38,504 nt of DNA from a virus. Location of the stretch: the IMG/VR virus record IMGVR_UViG_3300011977_000003, positions 1 to 38,504 of that record. The stretch is one strand, 5' to 3'. Every line of letters starts with the position of its first letter. Position 1 is the first letter of the stretch. The position numbers were made by a program, and so were the translations under genes. Below the pieces are notes generated by a model. The model was given only the letters and a program-made list of their open reading frames with translations, was not told the origin of the DNA and made no database searches. Positions 20,771 to 29,055 of the stretch are shown here, piece by piece.

Positions 20771-23655
20771 TTCACACCTCCGACCATGTTCCGCAGCGCC
20801 TCGCGCTGTGCCTTGCTCACCTCGGACGGCGTAGCCACGGGCACGTTGTAGGTGTTCTCCTGCTCGAAGTGGTTGTCGTTGTTGACGATCGTGCCGACCG
20901 TGGACATGGCTCTCAGGTTCGCCGGTCCCGCTGCATTGAGCGCGAGGGTTCCGGCAGAGGCCGAGATCGCCGTCTGCATCTGGCCGACCATCTTGGCCGC
21001 CTGGGCCTTCATGTCCTTAATGGCCCGAGGCATGGAGTCCTCGAAGCCCTCAGCGATGCCGGGCGGGAGCCAGTGGCCGACCTCGTCCCGGAACTCCTTG
21101 GACGGTGAACTGATGCCCAGGGCGCTCTTGGCGCTGTCCAGGAGGCTCGTGGCCAGGTTGCTGACCTTATTCTTCAGCCAGTCCCAGCCGGAGCTGATGC
21201 CGTTCCAGAGGCCGCTCACGATGTCGCTGCCGATGCTGGTGATCCTGCTGGGCAGGTCCTTCAGTCCGTTCACGACGGAGTCGAAGAGCTGCTTCGCCGC
21301 AGCAGCGCCCTTGCTGGCCAGTTCTGAGCCCCAGGAGACGACCTTCGAGGCCGCGTTGCTGAGGTGTGTCCAGATCTGTCCGGGCAGCTGTGAGAGCGTG
21401 CTGGAGACCTTGCTGAGCATATTGCTGGCAGCGGTCGAAGCGTTCGAGACCATCTGCTGGCCCCAGCTGATGACCTTGTTCACGGCGTTGACCAGGTGCG
21501 TCCAGATCTTCCCCGGAAGTTCGGAGACGATGCTGTTCACCTTCGAGAGCATGTTGCTCATGGCCGTGGAGGCGTTGCTGAGCATCTGCTGACCCCACTG
21601 GATCAACTTGTTCACGGTGTTGACGAGATGGGTCCATACTTTTCCGGGAAGCTGCTGCACGATCGAGTTGATCTTGCTGAGCATGTTGGTCATGGCGGTG
21701 CTCGCGTTCGAGAGCATCTGCTGGCCCCAGGCGATCAGCTTGTTGATCGTGTTGACCAGGTGCGTCCAGACCTTCCCAGGAAGCTGCTGCACTATGCTGT
21801 TGATCTTGCTCAGCATGTTGGTCATCGCCGTGGAGGCGTTGCTGAGCATCTGCTGGCCCCACTGGACCAGTCGGGTGACGGTATTCACCAGGAAGGTCCA
21901 GACCTTCCCCGGCAGCTGGCTGACGATGGTGCTGATCTTGCTCAGCATGTTGGTCATCGCGGTGCCTGCTGACTGGAGCATGTTCTGGCCCCATTCCAGG
22001 AGCTTCGCGAGTGCATCGGAGAAGACCTCCGCCATCTTACCCGGCAGAGCGATCAGTGCATTGATCACGCCCTCCACCAGGAAGTTGCCCTGCTCCTGCA
22101 TGACCGTCGAAGGCGATGCTATACCGAAGAAGCTCTTGAAGGCGTCGAGGATAGCCCGGCCGATGTCCAGGATCGCCTGCCCGATGTTAGGCAGGGCGGA
22201 GATCAGGCCGTTGACGATGCCCTTCACCAGGTCCACACCGGCCTGGAGGAGCTTCGGGATCTGCTTGATCAGTGACGTGACCATGTAGGCCACGAGCTTC
22301 ACGATTGCAGGCAGGAGCTTCGGGAGTGCCTTGCCGATGCCCTGCACCAGGGCGGTGATGATCCGGCCAGCTGTCTCCAGGAAGCGGCCGGTGCCGTTGC
22401 CATCGATGAAGCTGGTGATCTTCTCGACGATCTTGTCCGCCGCGCCCTCCCAGTCGAAGTTCTCCAGCTTTTCGGCCGCGCTCTCCATCATGCCGAGGAT
22501 TGCGTCGCCGACTCCGGCCAGGCCGTTCTCGCTGAAGCCCTTCTGGATCTCCGCCAGCGCTCCGGCAGCCGCGTCGGCTGCATCGGCCAGCGGTCCCGCT
22601 GCCATGCTGTAGAGGCTGGTGGCGATGTTGCTCAGGCTGGTCTTGATCTGCTGGCTCTTGAACTCCAGCGTGTCGCTCACCTTAGCGTAGGCGTCACCGA
22701 CGACGTCGGCGTCCGTGCCCATCTGCTCCAGGTTGCTGTGGAAGACCTCGCCCTCCTGGGTGAAGATCGACATGGCCGCCTTGCCTGCCTCGATCGAGCT
22801 GAACATGTCGACCATGGACACGCCGGAGGCGTCTGCCGATGCCTGCATCATCCCCAGCACTTCGTCCAGGGTCGCGCCCGCGTCCATCATCTCGTTGAAG
22901 GACATGCCCGCGTACTTGCTGCCCTCGGCAGCCTTTTCGAGGTTCTTGGCGGCGACCGTGCCGTTCTTGCCCAGCTCAGCGATCAAGCTGTTCAGCTGGG
23001 TGGTGGCCTGTGCTGTAGGAGTACCCTGTGCCGTCATAGTGGCCAGGGAGGCGCCGACCTGTTCAAACGATACACCGAAGGCGGCAGCGGTCGGCGTGAC
23101 CTGTGCCAGGCTCGCGCCCAGCTCGCCCACGGTGGTGATGCCGAGGTTCTGGGTCTGGATCAGGACCTTCTGGACCTTGTCCAGAGACTCCTCGCCGCTC
23201 ATGCCGTAGGCGTTCATCGTCTTGGCAGTAGCCGAGAGGGCCGTGTCCACGTCAGTGAAGCCAGCAGCGGCCAGCTTCGCGGACTTCTCCAGTGTGAAGC
23301 CGAGATCCTCAGCAGGTACGGAAGCGGACAGCGCGGAGTAGGCTGCCTCAGCCAGGCCGTCAGCGGCCAGGCCGGTCGCAGAAGACAGATCCAGGATCGT
23401 GTCCGAGAGCTTCCCGAACTCCTCGTCCGTTCCGGTGAAGAGCGTGGAGACCTTCGCCATGGATGTCTCGAAGGACATGCCAGAGTTCAGGGCCTCCTTG
23501 CCCAGGTTGACGACGGCGTCCACGGCCTTCGTCATAAGATTGCCAGCGAACACGCCCAGCGCGTTCTTGGCGACGCTGCCGAGCGAGCTGGTGTTTTTCT
23601 CCAGCCCGCTCGTGTCCAGCGAAGTATCAAATTTTAGGGTTCCGTCTGATGCCAT
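20767..23655 (-). CDS. Tail tape measure protein
   Basis: 962 aa, Ala/Gly/Ser-rich and helical, with internal tandem repeats. It follows the chaperone genes. Confidence 0.9.
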   Translation of the reverse strand: MASDGTLKFDTSLDTSGLEKNTSSLGSVAKNALGVFAGNLMTKAVDAVVNLGKEALNSGMSFETSMAKVSTLFTGTDEEFGKLSDTILDLSSATGLAADGLAEAAYSALSASVPAEDLGFTLEKSAKLAAAGFTDVDTALSATAKTMNAYGMSGEESLDKVQKVLIQTQNLGITTVGELGASLAQVTPTAAAFGVSFEQVGASLATMTAQGTPTAQATTQLNSLIAELGKNGTVAAKNLEKAAEGSKYAGMSFNEMMDAGATLDEVLGMMQASADASGVSMVDMFSSIEAGKAAMSIFTQEGEVFHSNLEQMGTDADVVGDAYAKVSDTLEFKSQQIKTSLSNIATSLYSMAAGPLADAADAAAGALAEIQKGFSENGLAGVGDAILGMMESAAEKLENFDWEGAADKIVEKITSFIDGNGTGRFLETAGRIITALVQGIGKALPKLLPAIVKLVAYMVTSLIKQIPKLLQAGVDLVKGIVNGLISALPNIGQAILDIGRAILDAFKSFFGIASPSTVMQEQGNFLVEGVINALIALPGKMAEVFSDALAKLLEWGQNMLQSAGTAMTNMLSKISTIVSQLPGKVWTFLVNTVTRLVQWGQQMLSNASTAMTNMLSKINSIVQQLPGKVWTHLVNTINKLIAWGQQMLSNASTAMTNMLSKINSIVQQLPGKVWTHLVNTVNKLIQWGQQMLSNASTAMSNMLSKVNSIVSELPGKIWTHLVNAVNKVISWGQQMVSNASTAASNMLSKVSSTLSQLPGQIWTHLSNAASKVVSWGSELASKGAAAAKQLFDSVVNGLKDLPSRITSIGSDIVSGLWNGISSGWDWLKNKVSNLATSLLDSAKSALGISSPSKEFRDEVGHWLPPGIAEGFEDSMPRAIKDMKAQAAKMVGQMQTAISASAGTLALNAAGPANLRAMSTVGTIVNNDNHFEQENTYNVPVATPSEVSKAQREALRNMVGGVK
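21334..21993 (-). repeat. Five tandem 132-bp (44-aa) repeats inside the tape measure gene
   Basis: The unit is WGQQMLSNASTAMTNMLSKINSIVQQLPGKVWTHLVNTxNKLIx. The Trp codons of successive units fall at 21993, 21861, 21729, 21597 and 21465, and the partial next unit starts at 21333. Confidence 0.9.
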
Positions 23656-24290
23656 GACTCTCTTCCTCCATTCAATAGGGCGGAGGGGTTGCCTCCGTTC
23701 ATAAGTAGAGCAGAGAGGTCACTTTCGAGCTGTTGTCTGTCCTCAGATTGAGGGAGCCTGTATATGCGCTTCATGCGCTGATAATGTTGTTTTTGCTCCT
23801 TCGGCAATTTGGCCGGGATCTTCATGGTCCGGTAGCCGATGATCTTCATGATCTGGGTGTCCTCGGGCAGCGCCCGGAACAGAGCTCGAAACTGCCACCA
23901 GTGGAGAGAATGGCGTGCCAGGTCTATCTTGTAGGCCTGAAGGAACGCGGCGTAGATATAGTCCGCGTCGTACTCATACGAGAAGGGCGGGTTGTCGTTT
24001 CCTCCGCCTTCTTCGGCGTCTTCTTCGGAGCCGGTCATCTCTTGCGGCTCCTCGCCGCAGCGGTAAAACCAGAAAAGACGGTCCAGCGCCTCCTGGATCA
24101 CCTCGATCCCGTCAAAATACACGCCGGGGAAGTAAAGCCCCAGCGCCGTCTGGATCTTCTCGGTGTCCGAGAGGGTGACGTCCCGGATCATCTCCTCGAA
24201 GAGGATCCCGGTCCGGAAGCCGGTCTCGATCTTGACCGTCTGGCCGCCGATCTCGACGTCCTCAGGCAGGCCGTCGATCAGCAGGTTCAA
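23634..24290 (-). CDS. Phage Gp15-family tail assembly protein
   Basis: 218 aa, with HSLHWWQFRALF and an acidic central segment. Its TTG start overlaps the upstream stop. It lies just before the TMP. Confidence 0.6.
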   Translation of the reverse strand: MNLLIDGLPEDVEIGGQTVKIETGFRTGILFEEMIRDVTLSDTEKIQTALGLYFPGVYFDGIEVIQEALDRLFWFYRCGEEPQEMTGSEEDAEEGGGNDNPPFSYEYDADYIYAAFLQAYKIDLARHSLHWWQFRALFRALPEDTQIMKIIGYRTMKIPAKLPKEQKQHYQRMKRIYRLPQSEDRQQLESDLSALLMNGGNPSALLNGGRESWHQTEP

Positions 24291-24685
24291 TGCTTATTCT
24301 TCTTTGCAGAGATGACCTGCTGGGCGCGTTCGCGCTGGAGCTGTGCGTTCTGGCGCTGGGTGTACTTGTTCGTGAAGTCGTTGAGCTTCTTCTTCTCACC
24401 CTGAGCCCAGTCTGTCAGCTCCTCCACGGCCTTCAGGTGGACCATGATGTTGTGCTCCGATCCCTGGAAGACCTTGGCGGCCGTACCAGGCCCGAAGATG
24501 TCGTCGAAGTAGGTGTCGACCGTCGCGCACTGCTCCAGGTAGCCCTCCGCCGCGCTGCTGTACTGCTTGTTGCGGCTGGCCATAGCTGTCGCCTGCATCT
24601 TCTTGGTCGCCTCTTCATACGGACCCACGAAGTCCGCGTCCATAAAATCGCCCTGAAGCGTTACGCCGTTGATGATGATGTCCAT
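24287..24685 (-). CDS. Tail assembly chaperone (gpG position)
   Basis: 132-aa ORF between the tube gene and the Gp15-like/TMP genes, with RBS gaggagg. Assigned by position. Confidence 0.55.
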   Translation of the reverse strand: MDIIINGVTLQGDFMDADFVGPYEEATKKMQATAMASRNKQYSSAAEGYLEQCATVDTYFDDIFGPGTAAKVFQGSEHNIMVHLKAVEELTDWAQGEKKKLNDFTNKYTQRQNAQLQRERAQQVISAKKNKH

Positions 24686-24712
24686 GTTTTTCCTCCTCTG
24701 GTCAGTGCTTAA

Positions 24713-24750
24713 TTAAAAATCAGAGCCCGGCCGCACTGTTGACCGGGCTC
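24713..24750 (-). terminator. Intrinsic terminator/attenuator after the major tail gene
   Basis: The minus strand reads gagcccgg-tcaacagtgcgg-ccgggctc followed by tgaTTTTTaatt. It is an 8-bp GC stem with a U-tract, 67 nt downstream of the tube gene stop. Confidence 0.65.
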
Positions 24751-24816
24751 CGTCTGGCCACTTCCTGCCCGTGAGGTCAGTCGCGTGGTGCCAGCTGTTT
24801 GCTGTTGTGGTCCTTC

Positions 24817-25359
24817 TTAGGCGTCGTACTTGCCGCTGAAGGTTCCAGCCGTGAACTCCTTGGTCACGGTGTCGAACTTGCCCTGGACCGGATCACCGAC
24901 CGCGTGGAGCGTGCCGGAGACCTGGATCTTCTGGCCACCCTCGCCCTCGATGTCGCTGACTTCGTTGGCCACGGTGAACTGGCGGGCAGTGTACTCGGCA
25001 GTCTGAGCCGAAGGCGTGCCGATCGGGTTGAACAGATCCACGCGGACGTAGGTCAGCTGTGCAGCGTCTCCGGTCGCGTGGTCGCGCCCCATCTTGTAGA
25101 GCGCGTAGATTGCCTTCTGGGAAGGGATCAGCCTGGACTCATACGGGAACTCGGTCTCGTAGCCAGTGATGTCAGAGGAAGCCGTGACCTCGTTGATGTA
25201 GGTCTCGCTGTCCGTCTGAGCGTTGGGGCTCTCGTCCAGGGAAGTGAAGCCGGTGCCCATGAGCTCGTAGTCAGTGCCGATCAGCACATAGTCGGCGATG
25301 GCGTTCCTGAGCAGGGCGGCACGGCTGTCATCAAAAAGCTGAAGATTGAACTTTCTCAT
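24817..25359 (-). CDS. Major tail (tube) protein with an N-terminal NLQLF propeptide motif
   Basis: 180 aa, in the position after the connector genes and before the chaperones. The N-terminus is MRKFNLQLFDDS. Confidence 0.7.
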   Translation of the reverse strand: MRKFNLQLFDDSRAALLRNAIADYVLIGTDYELMGTGFTSLDESPNAQTDSETYINEVTASSDITGYETEFPYESRLIPSQKAIYALYKMGRDHATGDAAQLTYVRVDLFNPIGTPSAQTAEYTARQFTVANEVSDIEGEGGQKIQVSGTLHAVGDPVQGKFDTVTKEFTAGTFSGKYDA

Positions 25360-25363
25360 GTGC

Positions 25364-25789
25364 TTATGCCTCCTTGTGATAAATAAGTTCTAACTGTATC
25401 TGGTATCTGGCGTTCTGCATCGACTCGTCGAACAGATAGCCGGAAGACAGCACGGTCAGCTGTTCCGCGTGCATCCCTTTCGGGAGCTCCGGGAAGTTGC
25501 CAGCTGCATCCTGGGCCTCGACCCATGCCGCGAAGTCCTCATAGAAGGAGCTGTTCGCGATGTTCTGGATCCGGTCCATCCCGTAGTACTCACGGCTTCC
25601 GAAGTTGAACTGGTAGCGCCGGTCTGAGCTGCCGTCGATGTACGTCTCGATCACCGGGTTGAAGATCCCGGTCTCGATCGTGTACTCCTGAGGCTTATCG
25701 CCCAGGGCGTCCACCCTGAAGGCTCCGTCCGCCAGAATAGGGCAGGCCTCAAAGAACTGAGCCACGCCCTCGATGATTGAATTGACCAT
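25364..25789 (-). CDS. Tail terminator/completion-type protein
   Basis: I chose the start ATG at 25789 (RBS ggaggagc), giving MVNSIIEGVAQFFE... and 141 aa. Assigned by position. Confidence 0.5.
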   Translation of the reverse strand: MVNSIIEGVAQFFEACPILADGAFRVDALGDKPQEYTIETGIFNPVIETYIDGSSDRRYQFNFGSREYYGMDRIQNIANSSFYEDFAAWVEAQDAAGNFPELPKGMHAEQLTVLSSGYLFDESMQNARYQIQLELIYHKEA

Positions 25790-25800
25790 CACGCTCCTCC

Positions 25801-26178
25801 TTATGAGTTGATCAGCCGCAGGATCTGGTCCTTGTTGGCTGTCTTCATGCGCTCGAACCACATGCCGCCGCGCCTCGGGTCATAGCTCCGGGTCTGTGCG
25901 GTTCCGTAGTATTGGCGCCGTGCATACGGGGCGATGTACTTCACCTCGCCGGAGCCGATGACTGTGCCCAGCGTGCCGGATCTCTCCAGCGCTCCGGTCC
26001 GGAAGGGGACCAGGGGAGAGCAGAGCCGCAGCACTTCGCTGTCGATGATTTCCTGCTTCTTACTGAGCACGCCGTTGATCCTCGGCAGCGCTCCGGCGTT
26101 CCAGGTGATCTTGACCGACCCGTTCTTCCCGGTCGCCGTTGCGTCTTGTAGGTTCTGTATAGGCTTAAATGCCATCAT
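25801..26178 (-). CDS. HK97 gp10-like head-tail joining protein
   Basis: 125 aa, containing YIAPYARRQYYG...RGGMWFERMK. It belongs to the connector gene block. Confidence 0.5.
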   Translation of the reverse strand: MMAFKPIQNLQDATATGKNGSVKITWNAGALPRINGVLSKKQEIIDSEVLRLCSPLVPFRTGALERSGTLGTVIGSGEVKYIAPYARRQYYGTAQTRSYDPRRGGMWFERMKTANKDQILRLINS

Positions 26179-26615
26179 TCGCCTCCGATCCGCCAGTGCT
26201 GGACGGCCTTCGAGCCTCGGATCGTGTTATCCGCGTATTCCTTCACCGTGATGACGTCCGCCAGGTTGGCCTTGGCCAGCTCTTTGAGAGCAGGCTCGGC
26301 GACCGGCTCGGCGAGCTCTGTCGCACATGCCAGGACGATGTCGCCCTTCTGGATCGTCCAGTGATCAGCGGCTTCCTCAGCGGTCAGAGCCTTGAAGGCC
26401 ATCTCGCTGAGGTAGGTCTTGTCGTCCTGGACCTTGGCGTCGATCGGGATCCGGAGCTTGTAGGTGAGACTCTCGGAGTGAGCTCCATCCGTGGAGTGGC
26501 TGGAGCTCCTCGACTCGAAGAACGAGGCGCCGGTGATGCAGGTCGGGAAGTAGACCTCCCGCCTGTCAGCGCTCAGGCGCTTGTTAAAGAGAGTTATCGC
26601 TGTTTGCACATACAT
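26175..26615 (-). CDS. Head closure/adaptor protein
   Basis: 146 aa with RBS gggaggg before the ATG at 26615. Assigned by position in the connector block. Confidence 0.5.
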   Translation of the reverse strand: MYVQTAITLFNKRLSADRREVYFPTCITGASFFESRSSSHSTDGAHSESLTYKLRIPIDAKVQDDKTYLSEMAFKALTAEEAADHWTIQKGDIVLACATELAEPVAEPALKELAKANLADVITVKEYADNTIRGSKAVQHWRIGGE

Positions 26616-27015
26616 CGCAGCACCCTCCCATCTTGACCTTCCGGCTGAGCCATCCGGTCGGCAGCAGGTAGAGCCTGATCGCCTCGTAGATCTTCTTCCG
26701 AAGGGCCTCCTCAGCGGTCTGACCGTCCTGTGCTTCGGTCACATAGGTGACAGAGTAGCCGTCGTTGCTCTCGCTCTTCTTACCGGCAGCAGAGCTACCG
26801 GCAGCACTGGTCTGTTGTTCGTTGTTGTAGATCACCTCCGCAGCCGCGCACACCGCCAGCTTGACGTTGTCGTTCTCGACCGCGAAGATGTCGCCGTTCA
26901 CATAGGTGAGGTAGCTGATGGCCGCCTCAGCTTTGGTCTCGGCCTTGGAGAAGTCAGCCTCCGGGATCATTGTCCCGAAGGTCTGACTGTAAAACTCATA
27001 GCTAACGTAGCCCAT
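26584..27015 (-). CDS. Head-tail connector (gp6-like) protein
   Basis: 143 aa, the first gene after the major capsid gene. Assigned by position. Confidence 0.5.
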   Translation of the reverse strand: MGYVSYEFYSQTFGTMIPEADFSKAETKAEAAISYLTYVNGDIFAVENDNVKLAVCAAAEVIYNNEQQTSAAGSSAAGKKSESNDGYSVTYVTEAQDGQTAEEALRKKIYEAIRLYLLPTGWLSRKVKMGGCCDVCANSDNSL

Positions 27016-27034
27016 CAGCTCGCCCTCCTTTCAC

Positions 27035-28003
27035 TTAGGCAGTGAGGACGGCGAACGGGAAGCGCTGGTTCTTGTTGGTCTTCAGCGCGTTGATCGGGTT
27101 CGGGATCTCCCAGCCCAGTCTCATGACCGCACGGAGAGCGACCATGTCGTTCTGCATGAGGTTGTACGCGATGGTGCCGTCCGTGTTCTGGACCACGCCC
27201 TCGGTGAAGAGCTTGAAGGTGATGTCCTGGCGGATGGAGTAGACCAGCTGGCTGAAGTCGCCGGAGACCATCAGCGCTGCCGTAGGATCCCAGGATCCGT
27301 TGCGCGGGAAGGTCATGGCAGAGCCGTCCAGAGTGTAGTTGCCCGCCTGCTGCATGGAAGCCAGGAACAGAGGACGATCCTGCTTATCCTTCAGGCCGCG
27401 GAGCTTAGCTCTCATGCTGATGTCAGCCAGGTGGCCGGACACGAAGAAGCCGGACTCCTCGACCTTAGCGATCACGCCGCCCTCGCCCATGATGACGTCG
27501 TAGAGGTCATTCGTGCCGAGTGCGACGGTCGCGCCCGCAGCAGTAGCGGAAGGCACGAGGCCCGCTCTCCAGTTGGTAGGCTTGCCGGTTCCGAAGAAGA
27601 TGGCCTGGTCGATGACCTTGCCGAAGGCTTCCTGGATACGAGGACGAACCTCGCCCCAGATGTCGTAGTCGGCGTCGTCAAGAACTGCCTCAGGGATCGG
27701 AACGATGACAGCGACCTCCTCAGCGTAGAGGATCTTCTTGTCCCACTGCTGCTTGGTGGTCTTCTTCTGCTCGGTGTCTCCGTCCACGAAGTACGCGATC
27801 GGAAGAGCATCAAGCACGGGGAGCTTGGTCTGCTTGCTGGTCATGTTGGCCAGGCGGCGACCCATAGAGAGGGCAGCAGACTGAGCCACGGCGCCCTGGA
27901 TGATCTCGCGGGCGTTCTCCTCAGGAATGAGGGCCTCGGCGCCAGTTCTGTCGATGAGCTGGGCGTCGGTGTCGAAAAGCTGAAGATTAAAGTACTTTCT
28001 CAT
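27035..28003 (-). CDS. Major capsid protein (HK97-fold type) with an N-terminal NLQLF propeptide motif
   Basis: 322 aa, following the scaffold gene. The N-terminus is MRKYFNLQLFDTDAQ. Confidence 0.85.
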   Translation of the reverse strand: MRKYFNLQLFDTDAQLIDRTGAEALIPEENAREIIQGAVAQSAALSMGRRLANMTSKQTKLPVLDALPIAYFVDGDTEQKKTTKQQWDKKILYAEEVAVIVPIPEAVLDDADYDIWGEVRPRIQEAFGKVIDQAIFFGTGKPTNWRAGLVPSATAAGATVALGTNDLYDVIMGEGGVIAKVEESGFFVSGHLADISMRAKLRGLKDKQDRPLFLASMQQAGNYTLDGSAMTFPRNGSWDPTAALMVSGDFSQLVYSIRQDITFKLFTEGVVQNTDGTIAYNLMQNDMVALRAVMRLGWEIPNPINALKTNKNQRFPFAVLTA

Positions 28004-28027
28004 TGTGTTATACCTCCATAATGTTGA

Positions 28028-28660
28028 TCAGTATGTGCGCCTGATGGCCTTCCGGATGGCATTGTTGATCGAGTCGTTGCCCTGCTGGCCGGAGCTTCCG
28101 CCCTGGCCGGAGCTGTCCGTCCCGGTCTTTACTCTGTACGAGCCGCCCCCGGATGCCGTGAAGCGCGGGTTGTCTTTCAGGTACTTGGTGGCAGCCTTGT
28201 CGAAGTCGAGCTTGTCGTCCTCCTTCATGAGGGCGCCGATCTTGAACATGACATAGTCCAGATCCTCCTCGCGCACTCCCTTGGAGCGGAGCGCGTTGCT
28301 GTTCTTCAGTGCTGCCAGTTCGGCGAGCGCGTCGTCGCGCTCTTTGGTGATCTTGCTGGCGTCCGGCTTGCTGGCCGCCTGCTGGGCTTTATAGGCCGCG
28401 ATGGCCTGGGACACTTCCTCCTCGCTCATGCCCTGCTGTTTGAAGTAGGACGCGAGTGCAGCCTTCTCAGCTCTCTGTGCCCTGGCGTTCGCGATCTCTT
28501 CGGCCTGCTCGAAGCTGAAGGACCCGCCGCCGTTGCCGTTGTTCCCGGCGCTTCCTGCCTGGCCGCCGTTACCAGTCCCGGCTGTTCCACCCTGGGCACC
28601 GCCAGAGCCGCCCTGACCGCCGTCGTCGAAGAGCTGAAGGTTGAAGTGTTTGTTGATCAT
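28028..28660 (-). CDS. Scaffolding protein with an N-terminal NLQLF propeptide motif
   Basis: I chose the start ATG at 28660, giving MINKHFNLQLFDDGGQGGSGG... It has Gly-rich linkers and helical charged segments, and lies upstream of the capsid gene. Confidence 0.75.
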   Translation of the reverse strand: MINKHFNLQLFDDGGQGGSGGAQGGTAGTGNGGQAGSAGNNGNGGGSFSFEQAEEIANARAQRAEKAALASYFKQQGMSEEEVSQAIAAYKAQQAASKPDASKITKERDDALAELAALKNSNALRSKGVREEDLDYVMFKIGALMKEDDKLDFDKAATKYLKDNPRFTASGGGSYRVKTGTDSSGQGGSSGQQGNDSINNAIRKAIRRTY

Positions 28661-28758
28661 GTTTCTATTCCTCCGTTTTTGTAGTGTGCGTGAACACGTC
28701 CAGCTCGTTGAGGCAGAGCCGTCCGGCCATATTAAAAGCGCCCGGGACGAGGGGGCGC

Positions 28759-29055
28759 TCATAATATCGTGATAGTGTTCGGGTAGCTGTCCTGGATCCG
28801 GGTGATCCCGATGTACCAGGTGTCGATCAGAGCCTTGCCGGTGTCGTTGGTCGTCATCCAGCGGATCCGGACGTTGCCGGGCTCCTCGACCGTCTCGATC
28901 CTCATGCCCGCGATGGCCTCCAGGCCCTCGATCAGGGTGAGGGTGAGGGCAGAGACCGCAGCGCAGACGATGTTCTGGCCGGGCTCAGTGCCCTCCGGCC
29001 TGGGCGCGTGGCCCTCGACCGTTATGTTGTGAAGATCCAGGTGGACCTTGATCAT
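28759..29055 (-). CDS. prp: Prp-family cysteine protease (ribosomal-processing protease homologue, DUF464)
   Basis: I chose the start ATG at 29055 (RBS gggagg; ATGA overlap with the upstream gene). It is 98 aa: MIKVHLDLHNITVEGHAPRPEGTEPGQNIVCAAVSALT, with the His (GHA) and Cys (VCAAVS) dyad. Confidence 0.8.
   Translation of the reverse strand: MIKVHLDLHNITVEGHAPRPEGTEPGQNIVCAAVSALTLTLIEGLEAIAGMRIETVEEPGNVRIRWMTTNDTGKALIDTWYIGITRIQDSYPNTITIL

Noticed and set aside
21334-21993. Regular tandem repeats that could be mistaken for a CRISPR array (the same applies to 12090..12509).
   Set aside because: The repeats are contiguous with no unique spacers. They are in frame within long ORFs and encode conserved peptide units (a TMP repeat and CW_7 repeats).
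24287-24330. A programmed -1 frameshift (G/GT type) between the tail chaperone and the downstream ORF.
   Set aside because: I found no slippery heptamer near the 3' end of 24287..24685. The downstream Gp15-like ORF has its own TTG start overlapping the stop, so a frameshift fusion is not supported.
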